A DNA stretch of 64,000 bases from the human T2T-CHM13v2.0 reference genome, Homo sapiens. The first letter of the stretch is position 1; each line of letters opens with the position of its first letter. The notes beneath the pieces were generated by a model that made no database searches, had not been told where the DNA came from, and saw only the letters and a list, made by a program, of their open reading frames with translations. Positions 53,472 to 64,000 of the stretch are shown here, in pieces. The stretch lies in the NCBI RefSeq assembly GCF_009914755.1, contig NC_060929.1; one strand, written 5' to 3'. Position numbers and translations under genes: made by a program.

Positions 53472-55863
53472 GGTGTTAGCATGGTGTATTTTTCTCTATC
53501 CTTTTACTTTTGGTTTACTTGTGTTTTTATATTTAAAGTTGGTTGCTTTAGAAAACATGTATCTGGGTATTTGGGACTTATTTTTTGATCCACTCTGACA
53601 ATTTCTATCTTTTAATTGATGTAGTTATATCACTGACATTTAAAGTGATTATTGATATAATTGGATTAATATCTACCATATGTTACTATTTTACATTTGT
53701 TGTCCTTGTCTTTATTTTGAATTTGTTTTTCACTCTTTTTCTACTTTTATTGTTCTAATTGAGCATTTTATGATTTCACTTTCTCACCTTTGTTAACATG
53801 TTATACATTTAAAAAAATTTTTAGTGGTTGTGCTAGAGTTTGCAGTATACATTTACAACTAATCAAAATCCACTTTCAAATAACACTATACCACTTCAGC
53901 AGTTGTGAGTACCCCAAATAATCCTACTTCATTCTGTTCCTTGTATCATTACTGTTATATATTTTACTCATATGTACATATTTATAAATACAGACATATA
54001 TAAGCAAATATAAATGAATACATTGTTGCTGTTATTATGAACAAATTGTTACATGCTAAATCAATTAAGTAAAAAAATGAAAATTTTCATTTTACCCTCA
54101 CTTATTTCTTCTTCAATGGTCTTTTTTTAAATGTAGATCTGAGTTTGTGACCTATATAATTTTCCTTCTCTCTAAAGAACTTATTTTAACATTTCTTGCA
54201 AAGCAGATTTACTGGCAACAGATTCCCTCAATTTTTATTTTCATTTTTTGGTTTTCACTGTTGAAGGATAATTTCATAAACTGCAGAATTCTAGGTTGGT
54301 ATCTTAACTCTCTCAACACTTTAAATATTTCATTCCATTCTCTTCTTGCTTGCATGGTGTCTAAGGAGATGTCAGATATAATTCTCATCTTTGTCCCTTC
54401 ATAGGTAAGGTATTTTTGTCTTCATACTTCTTCTGAAATGTTTTCCTTATCTTTGATTTTCTGCAGTTTAAAAATGTCATGTCTAGGTGTAATAATAGTA
54501 TAGGTGTTTTTTATTTTATTTTTTATTTTTGCATTTATCCAGTTTAACGTTCTCTGTGTTTCCTGGGTTTGTGGTTTGGTATCTGATATTAATTTGGAGA
54601 AATTCCAAATTATTATTGTTTTAAATATTTCTTCTTCTTTTCGTTTCTTGCTTCTCCTTCCAACATTCCCATTATATGTATTTACACATTTTGTATTTGT
54701 GCCACAATCCTTAAATATTCTGGTTTTTTTTTTTTTTTTTCAGTTTTTGTTATACTCACTTTTCAGTTTTGGAAGTTTCTACTGAGATATGCTCAAGATC
54801 ATAGATTTTTTCCTCAGCTGTGTCCAGTCTACTAATAAGCTCCTTGAATGCATTCTTCATTTCTGTCACAGTGGTTCTGATCTCTAGTGTTTCTTTTTGG
54901 TTCTTTCATAGGATTTCCATATATCTGCTTACACTGTTCATCTGTTCTTGAATGCTGTCCAGTATCTATTAGAGCCCTGAGCATATTAATCATAGTTGTT
55001 TTATATTCCTTGTCTGATAAGTCCAACATTTCTGCCATATCTGTTTCTGATGCTTACTCTGTCTCTCCAAATTGTATTTTTGCCTCTTGGTATGTCTTGT
55101 GATTTTTTCTTAACAGCCGGACATAATGTACCTGATAAGAGGAACTGCTATAAATAGGCCTTTAGCAATGTGGTAGTGAGGTGTGTGGGGAGGAGAAATT
55201 TACTCTATAGTCCTATCATTACATTTCAGTCTTTTAATGGGCTAATGCTACTGAACTGTGAATGTCACAAGTCTTTCTAGGTTTTTTTCTTCCCCCTTAG
55301 GTGGAACAGGTTGGCTGACATGAGCTGGAATTGGATATTTCCCTTCCCTCAATCAGTTCTGCTCTGATAAAATCCCAGCAGATCAGGATCTGGTGAAATC
55401 ATATCTCTTGAGGTAAAGCTTGTTAAGAAGAACAGAGTACTCTGGTGAATTGCAAAATGGTTCCTTTTCCCTTTCCCTTACTGGAAGCATGAAGGAACTT
55501 TTCTCTCATATTTACTGTGGGAACCTGGTGGAGTTCCTGGAGGTAAATCTCACAGTATTGTGGCAGTCTCCCTATGATTGGGTCTCCCGGAGTTTTTAAC
55601 TCTCAGACTTGTCCACACTGAGCCGCTAGCAATTCATCAATAACAGCTCAGGTTTTCCTACCCTGGCACTGGTTCCCCTAGCAGTGTCTCCTCATGAGTC
55701 ACTGCTCAGTGAAGCCAAGACTCCCTGTATTTGTCTATCTGTCTCTCCAATCTTGGGGCTAATGGTTTGCCCTATGTCCTTATCTTTATTACAGATTCAA
55801 GAAGAGTTGTTGCTTTCTCAGTCTGTTCAGCTTTTTACTTGTTTGAAAGAATGTTGACTTTAA

Positions 55864-56376
55864 CCCTTTTGCCATTTAGAAAAAAGAAGTGCAGCTCACT
55901 GCCAGTGCTCATTTAATTTTACATAAACATGCTCTTTGAGGCTGAAGCAAATATGACTGATTTTCAACATGAAAATGAAATATAAAAACTGGTATTGGCA
56001 TTATTTCTAAACAGAACTAACATCAGAATAGTCTGAATCATCAGAATCATCTGTTTCGGAAACATCGTATTCATCCAATGAATCTTCAGCCAACAACTGT
56101 TCGAGAATGATGTTAACATCATGTGTAGGAAAGCTACCATTTCTAGGATTTCACATTTTTAGCTATCAAGAATTACTATATTTTGTAAATGGAAATACCA
56201 CCACTAAAACTAGAATGCCATAAATAGAATGATGTCTTTTGTTTCCAAAGTTGATATACTAGAGTGATACAAAAATAATAATAAATGCAAGATATTTTGT
56301 GGCAAAGTTATTTTGGGGTAAATGCCGCAACCAAAAGCACTGCCAGCAAGTATTCTCAGGGCAAATGGGAGAAGGG
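55864..56376 (-). mobile_element. MER75 piggyBac-derived MITE
   Basis: TIRs CCCTTTTGCCATTT / AAATGGGAGAAGGG, TTAA on both flanks, 513 bp, internal ctctttgaggctgaagcaaat and gatgtcttttgtttccaaag match MER75. Confidence 0.92.
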
Positions 56377-59300
56377 TTTTAAGCTTATTTAAATATGAAA
56401 CTGGAACACAGAAGTCCCCACAGGTATTGCTTTAAGCTGCTATGTTTGTGGTAATTTGTTGTAGTAGCAATAGGAAACTAATATAGCCAGCATGAAATCA
56501 CTTCAAGGCAGAGTGTAAGAAAATTTCCTAAGTCAATGTGATGTCACTTCAGGAGAGACTATGGTAAGACTTTCTTTTCCTGAATAAAATTACTACTGGG
56601 AAGATAGTTAACATCATTAGACTAAATACATGAGTATTGCAGAATTTTTGCATAAATATTTGAGACCGAGATACAAAAAAAAATTTGGAGAAGTGTTTTC
56701 TTTTTTTTTGGTAGGTATGTTTATATGAAAGCTCTATTAGCTTTCTCTAAGGATCATCTTGGAGTATTTTTACCTCTGAAAACCATTAATGTATTTGATA
56801 TGATTCTTTTTTAAAAATTTAAATTTGTGCACAACTTTTTGAAATATATCTATTGAATGTAAGTGGTGAGTTTATAGGCCATATCACTGTACTACTTTAT
56901 TATTTTTCAAATTAATTGACTTTTGAAAATTGGTTTTTATTAGCACCAGTTCCAGAAAATAAATTATCAAAGAGGAAAAGGAAAAATCCTCTAACTGTAC
57001 CGATTGTTGAATGTTGCAGCCCTATACCTGCAATTATTGGTTGAAATAAAATTCAAATATCCATGCTTTTATTTGAATCTAAATAAAAATATTTACTTTA
57101 CCTACATTTTAAAAATGTATTAACTATTTGTGAATTGTTTGATTAGATTAAATACCCTAACTGAATCCTGTTTGATAAAAATGCAAAAAAGGGGGCTTAT
57201 TTGCCCATATAGTTTACTATTTCAGGTGGGAAGTTACATCAAGTTGGCCAAAGCAAATGCTTGTGTCACTAATAATTATGTGTGTGGACTCTCGCAGTTG
57301 CAGTGGACTACCCTAGGGAGTAATTGACATAGTTGTTTGTTGGCCTGTTGGCTAACCTGTACTTTCTGACTTTTCTCTATGTCCTGTACCTCCAAAGGAA
57401 ATATGACCTGACATGCTTGGAAACTCCATCTACTGAGTATGACCTTGTATAATGTGAGTTTGCTGGGCCTGCTTTGAAGAGGTGACCTGACTCTGAGCAG
57501 ATCACCTAAGTTAAAAAAAGAAAACTAATTAGGCACTAAGAAAAGTTCCATTCTTTTGAGACTGAAAGCATTCCATTTGGTTTTGTGCACATTCAAATGG
57601 TCTGAAAGAGTTAATAGTTTCTGAAAATAATGTCTTGTTGAAAAATAATGATGACTGCATTTATTTGGGTTATCAGTGGAAGAAATAAATATAAATTCTA
57701 TTTTCCTAGTACATACATTCTGAGGTAATCTATTTTATCTAGGACAGCTATCTTGAAATTATTTTCTTGATAAGTTCAGAATTTTCTACAGTTTAAACTA
57801 AAATGTGAATTCATCATTGATTACATTATAATGTATAGCTTTGTTTTGTTTTGCATCCTAACACATTACTTAGGAAAGTCATTACTTAGCTAAAATTATC
57901 TGCTTAAAGGCATGGAGTTGAGGGAGATTTTCAGAAGCTACATTATAAAGCGATCAACATCAACTAGTCTTTTAATGTTAATAATAGATTCTGTTTTCCT
58001 CTGTTTTTCCTCAAAGAAACTTAACAGCTATTACGGGAAGTATCTTATTAAAATGTCCCTATAACAGTCATAAAGGAAGAGGATTATTTATTTTAAAGCT
58101 AGAGAAACTCAGATATTAGGAAGTATATCTTATATAAAATATATATTAAATAACGTTTTTTGCTCACCTGTAGGAGAGAAACTCTTTGTCCAATAGTAGA
58201 TTTTAGCCTGATTCTCCATGAGATGACCTAATGAAACCTGATCAAAGATTCTCATTTGACCAGTCACCCTGCCCTTCCTCTACAACTCTCTGTTTATTTC
58301 CAATTTAAACTGGTGTCAAGCTCTCCTCAGCTGATGACCCAGATATTTCTGCACTTAATCATCTTGCCTGAAATGAGTAAGGATGAAGTTTCTATTTTGT
58401 CCTTCTTAGCCTATTTCCTTGATCCGCCATGGACCCTGGTTGTAATGATCATGCAGGTCCTCTATCTATGCATGCCAGAGATTCTGGACAGACAAGTATG
58501 GGGACATCCCTTTCTTTATTTGATTCTTTTGTCAATTTTTTATAAAAGTTTTATTGCTTTCAGTCCTTTGGAGAAATGGAAGCTGAATGCTAACCCCAAG
58601 GACTTCTGTGGCCTATCATGAACTGGGCGTGAAATAAGAGTTTCTTGGAGAAGTAGATTCCTTGAAGTTTCTGAGACAAAAACTGGACTTCTTGTGATGA
58701 AAAGAAAGCACAGTCAGAATACAAAATGATAATGGATTGGGTCCAAGTGGCCAGCATCTTAGACTATGGAAATTTGCTGTTGGACATTAAAGCATGACAC
58801 AAGTTACCGAAGAAGAGAGAAGCTGCTACAGTCCGTAACAAAAAAGGCTGTACTGTTAGCTAGCCAAACACATACACAGAAACCTGGAAAAGAGTTAGTT
58901 TTCTTTCTTTTCATGTTCAAATGACATAGTCTACCTGATGCAGAAACTCTCACATGGCAAAGGTTAATTAGAGGTTTCCATGGACTATATCCCTTGCTCC
59001 TGGGCTACAACAGGACATGAGGCTTAGCCTAACTCTCTCCACATGCAGCAAATTGCCACCCTTGTTTGGCAAAAAGCTTTGCTTCTTTTGGACCTTCTCG
59101 CCTTCATCCTCTCTATAGTTCCAGCGGTTCAACTTCCTTTCATTCAGCTTCTAGTGTATGCATTCTCTACTCCATATGAAGGCAACCGCTGAAGTGAGGC
59201 AGTGGGAGATGAGAGGAGGAGAATCTAAAAGGCTCAGATTCTGAAGGGCAAAGAAGAGAAGACTTAGGGATGGTCTAACCTCAGGACAGAATAGCTAAAA

Positions 59301-59641
59301 GCCACCTGAGCATTAACCCTGAGGAAATTAACATCAAGCTCAAGCTTATTATTAAAAAAGTCTATATCTGTGGAGCATCTTTTCTGGATTTAAGTTAAAT
59401 AATAAAAAAAAGACAGGACTGCATTTGAGAATCCAGTAGGCAGTACGAGAGAAAAGAAAAAGAGGGACATCACATTTGCAGTGGTGTGCACAAAATTGCA
59501 TTGCCTGTATTACACAGTAATGTAAATATTTTGAAATAGGCTGTGTATTTGTAAGCATACTCTCTACCTTCTAAATTATTAAGAGCCAAGTGATATACTA
59601 GTATGATTTTAAAATAAAGCAAAAGGAAGGGCTGAGGCCTC

Positions 59642-60013
59642 TGTATTAGTCTGTTAGGGCTGCCATGGCAAAATATCATAGCAGTTGTGGCTTAAACAGA
59701 GATTTATTTTCTCACAGTTCTGCAGCATGAAAGTCCAATATGAAGGTGACAGCAGATTTGGTTTCTCCTGAAGACTCTCTCCTTGGCTTGCCAATTGCCA
59801 TCTTCTGCTGTGTCCTCACGTAGTCTTTTCTCTGTGCATATCTTTAATGCCCCTTTCTCTTATAAGGACACCAGTCATATTAAATTACACCCGCACCTTC
59901 ATTACCTCTTTTAACCTTAATTACTTCCTTAAAGGGCCATCTCCAAATACAGTCATATGGGGGATGAGGGCTTCAATTTGTGAATTTTGGGGGACACAAT
60001 TCAGTCTCTAACA
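59642..60013 (-). mobile_element. MLT1A/B MaLR solo LTR
   Basis: tgtattagtc...tttattttctcacagttctg...cttataaggacaccagtcatatt...ggacacaattcagtctctaaca; TSD GCCTC/ACCTC. Confidence 0.9.
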
Positions 60014-61113
60014 ACCTCCCTCACTGTCTGACTCTATGCCATCATGCTACTGTTTCTGTGAAGCTCAGACTCTGGTTCATACCTATACCTTGTTTTTTGA
60101 GTCTTGCCATCTGATATCTAAGGAATCCTCTGATTCCTACTGATGACAGCAGTAACCACAATTGGACACAAATTCTGTATGATCTTTTGATTAACCTGGA
60201 AGGAATTTTGATCTTTGATCAGAGCTGATTTAGATCACACTGTGACAAAGGAATATCTCCACTCATGAAATTTATGGGCCTCTAAAACGATCAAAATGTC
60301 TTGAACACCCATTCATAATGACACATTTCAACAGCCAAAAGGGATCTTTTTCTTGGGATTCCTTCCATCGTTCTGTGGAAAAGCATTATAGAGGGAGTGC
60401 TTGCATGTGACTTTCTGGGCTAAAGTGACTACTAACAAGAATATATTCTTGCAGAAAATGCTGTCATAGTATCACCATATATTACCACTATGAACATCAC
60501 TTCCAGAGATTATAAAAGTCTCTCTGGATGTAATAAAATAGATTAGGCTGGAGATCAGTACAAAGCCATATTTTATTATTGCAAATGTGCTGAAAGCTGA
60601 GATTTGTGCCTGGCTACTGTAGAGAAGAGTAGGTCAGTTGGTTCAAGTCATAACTCTGTTCTTTTTCAGTAGTGCCTCAAATAGATAAAGCCTCAATGTG
60701 TGTATGACAAAAAACACTCAATGACATTTTTCATTTGTAAATGGTGAAATAGATAGGGTTATGTAAACAGAAATTAAGGTCAGATTTTGGCTTTTGATAG
60801 AAATTGGGGTCTGGGTAAAGCTTTTGTTGATTTCAGTAAAAATTGCTTTTATATTCATATAACAGAGAGTAGATTTTGGCACCTGACTCCGCATATCAGC
60901 AGCTGTCTGCTACCAATCTTGATGAAAATTTGACGTAGCAATATTCACAAATAAGGCCAACTTCCAACATGCAAAATGCTTCTTGTTTCACAAATTCTAA
61001 AAATAAATTAAGTAAGAAAACTTAAAAGAGATTAAAGTTCTGGATACTAAACCAGTTTATATTAGAAGCAGAGAATATTATAAAATTCTGTGCCAGCCCT
61101 TAATAACAGGAAA

Positions 61114-61170
61114 TCACACACACAAACACACACACAAACAGAGACACACACCCCCCCCACACACACACAG
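61114..61170. repeat. Imperfect (CA)n
   Basis: Interrupted CA runs. Confidence 0.8.
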
Positions 61171-61587
61171 GCACAAGCAAAAAGATGTCTCATCTTTTAA
61201 GTTCTGAACATCACATGCATTCTCATGTTTGATTAAGAAGGATACAAATTATACATCCAAATAGTCGATAAACATAAGAAAAGAAATCTTAAATAATACT
61301 ATAATTAGAATATACCATTTTATATATCCGTTTCCATATCCATATGCATTTACACATCAACATCTACAGCTGCAACTTCAGCTCTATCTACAGCTACTTC
61401 TATGCCTATCTATCTACATTTATCTGTATACTTAAAAATCAAGTTTATTGATGTGGCTCTTGACGACTCTATTGATGAGACGTAAAGATGGGTTTGTGAA
61501 ATATTATCCCAACTTTACCCTTAACCTCCCTTGTGAGACTATGTACAAACCCTGTTTTCACAACCCGGGAATATAACCCCTAGCCAC

Positions 61588-61950
61588 TTATAAGTTTTGG
61601 CTGTGTCCCCACCCAAATCTCATCTTGAATTGTGGCTCCCATAATCCCCACCTGTCGTGGGAGGGACCCAGTGAGGGATAATTGAATTATGAGGGCAGTT
61701 TCCCCCATACTGTTCTCATGGTAGTAAATCAGTCCCACAAGATCTAATGGTTTTAATAATGGAAGTTTCCCTGCACAAGCTCTCTTGCCTGCCACCATGT
61801 AAGACATGTCTTTACTCCTCATTTGCCTTCCACTATGATTGTAAGGACTCCCCAGCCATGTGAAACTGTGAGTCCATTAAACCCCTCTCCTTTATAAATT
61901 ACTTAGTATTGGGTATGTATATATTAGCAGCATGAGAACAGGCTAATACA
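61588..61950 (+). mobile_element. THE1B/C MaLR solo LTR
   Basis: ttggctgtgtccccacccaaatctcatcttgaattgt...gagaacaggctaataca; TSD GCCAC/CCCAC. Confidence 0.93.
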
Positions 61951-62054
61951 CCCACCAAAAAACTGAACTCATTGTCCCTTCTTTTTCTAACCAAGAAAAA
62001 CACCTAGAGGAGCATAAAATTGTAATAGGTACCAGTTTTATTTACACAGTACAT

Positions 62055-62605
62055 CTGGGAAAGCAAGTCAGATCGAGTCACTCCCCTGATCAAGTCCTCT
62101 AAGGGTTTCTTATCTCACTAAGAGTAAAAGCCATGCCCCTATAATGACTTGAGGCCTTACATAATTTGCCCCCCATCTATTGCATCTCACCTAAACTACT
62201 CTTCTTCCTTGACCATTTGCCTGCTCCAGCCATACTTGCTTCCTTGCTGTTCCTGGAATAGATCATGTATACTCCTGCCTTAGGTCTTTTGTCTCCGCTA
62301 TTCCTTTACCCTTAAAAGTGTTTGTTCTCCGTGGCTGCTCCCTCATCTCTCTTGGGTCTTTACTTCAATGACATTGCCTCAGAGAAGCATTTCTGGGTTC
62401 CCTTATCAAAATGTACATAGCTCTTCTTATTCCTCTTTCGTGCTGTTTTTCACCTTAGAGCTTATAACTAACATCCAATGCATTTTACATATGTGCCGTG
62501 TTTTCTATTTATCCCACCAAAGAACAATACTGCAACGGTTTGGCTGCTGCTGTATCCTCTGTGCCTAGACCAGTGCCAACCATAGAGCAAGTGATCAATA
62601 GAGAA
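62055..62605 (+). mobile_element. L2a-like 3' segment
   Basis: aagtcagatcgagtcactcc, ctccagccatac..ttccttgctgttcct, gtgcctagaccagtgcc. Confidence 0.8.
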
Positions 62606-62689
62606 TCAAATCTTTCTCCCTGCTGCTCTTATTCTGTATTTCTCATCAGGTATTTCCTGCCATGCTAGTAGAGTAACATAACATTTATA

Positions 62690-62868
62690 ATGTCTTTATT
62701 TCAAATTTTGCTAACTTGTTCATCATTGATTTTTTGCATTAATTTTGGTTTTTAAAAATATCATATCAAAATATTATCTATGTTGACTATTGAGATTTTT
62801 GGTGTTTCCTTAAATTTTGAGCCTCAGGCAAATGTCTCACTCACTTCATTCCTCTTACTATAGTCCTG
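62690..62868. mobile_element. MER96B-like hAT MITE half
   Basis: tgtctttattt...ttttgcattaattttg...cttaaattttg..ggcaaatgtctcactc..gtcctg. Confidence 0.65.
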
Positions 62869-64000
62869 GCTTTTGATGAAAAAATTATTCCTGGGTCCAA
62901 TATTGGGTTAGACTAAGTGAACCAGTCTTCTTTATGAAGGTTGCCTCAGCTTTTTCAAAATACAATTTTGCGTTCTGACTTCCAAAAAGGAGGAGAGAGT
63001 ATGCATCATTTTCAAAACTTGTTTGAACTTGAAATCTACCACCATGGAGCATTTTATGAAGCTGGAGCACATTGATCTTTCAAACCAACTGTCTTTTTTT
63101 TTCTACTGAAATTCTAGGTCTTTTATAATATCTGTAAGGAAATTTTTAAAATAACAAGTAGTTCTGAAAAAAGGAATGAAGCATAAAGTTAAAGAACAAC
63201 AGATTCAGGAAATATAAAAATGGCACAAATTTATTAATAATAGTTGTGAAACATGATTTCTATTATTTCCTTGATATACACATGTAGTAATAACTAAGGA
63301 GAGCCTTCCCAAGCTTGCAACCAGCACCTATGTCATCTTGATTCTTCACATACCATAAGCACAGCTCCAAATCCTCCCACACTCTTCCAGTCCAGAAATT
63401 ATTTTGATATCTACAGGGAAAGGAGTTTCTTGTACTCAAATGTAAACAGACTTATAACATACATTTGAAAAACAATTCAAGTTTATAAGAGTGTAATAAT
63501 AACCAGAGGTAAAATAGACATTTGAAAAGAGCTTAGGTATACATTGGAAATCAACAGAGTCAAAGTAAACAAGGTAATGTATATATCTAAAAGAATATTC
63601 AGATATATATCTGAAATGAAAGCGAATTACAGTATACGCTCAGAAGAAAAAAAGGAGCTCTGCATTGAGGTTTATTGATTGAGGTTTTAACTTTTGGAAT
63701 TCTCAGAATAAAGTTTTCTTGATTATGGAGGGGCTGGTTTGCCCCATCATTGTCCCCTTGGTGGATGGACAGATCATTAGACACTTTAGGGAGAGGTGAA
63801 GGGGACTGGCTGGGAAGGAGGCCCTACTTTCTAAGCAGCTGGAAACTGCAGTCATAAGCAATATGAATATTTATAAATTACACAATCAGCATTACTCCTA
63901 ATTTTCCTGGCCATATCACTAGTCCTTAGACTCTATTGATGGGACATAAATAGGGTCCCATATCTTCCCAGTTCTTGGCATCTTCATTTTGGTCTAGTCT

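Larger units (their letters stand above)
51211..56419 (-). mobile_element. L1MC1-like element with both ends and a large ORF2 deletion
   Basis: 3' end cacccaaagtccatagtttacattag with (TTG)9 tail; ORF2- and ORF1-like ORFs (54832-55038 LDLSDKEYKTTMINMLRAL); 5' terminus cagaagtcccc. Confidence 0.85.
50681..56485 (+). mobile_element. MLT1D/E MaLR LTR in two pieces (50681-51210 and 56420-56485)
   Basis: aaactggattctgccaacaacctga core; 3' end tttgtggtaatttgtt..agcaataggaaactaatata; TSD GTCAG/GCCAG. Confidence 0.85.

Noticed and set aside
58155-58175. Minus-strand donor CAG|GTGAGC overlapping a plus-strand acceptor-like site
   Set aside because: No partner site or reading frame could be tied to it
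62885-63070. 61-aa ORF as possible exon
   Set aside because: No recognisable protein similarity or paired splice sites

Overview
AT-rich, CpG-poor primate genomic DNA (human or great ape: AluY, L1PA2/3 and LTR12 are present), intronic or intergenic. I find no supportable protein-coding exon, RNA gene, CpG island or CRISPR array. The ORF track is L1 ORF1/ORF2 debris, LTR/Alu read-through and chance ORFs. Most of the window is transposable elements: old L1M nests, L1PA/L1PB, 8 Alus, MaLR/ERVL/ERV9 solo LTRs, L2, MIR, and hAT and piggyBac MITEs. Subfamily names come from my recollection of consensus sequences and need RepeatMasker/Dfam confirmation; boundaries of old elements are approximate. 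The most notable structures are: (1) a 5'-end-only L1 with no poly(A), bracketed by a 19-bp direct repeat, consistent with internal priming (41358-44224); (2) a twin-primed, 5'-inverted L1PA with TSD (12749-14646); (3) a three-level nest MLT1 > L1MC > MER75, where the L1 lacks most of ORF2 (50681-56485); (4) an LTR12 with exact TSD inside L1PB1; (5) a strong CTCF motif at 26417 next to a repeat-free, motif-rich block; (6) several small template-switch and duplication scars. I do not see evidence for a new biological system; the findings are unusual instances of known mechanisms.
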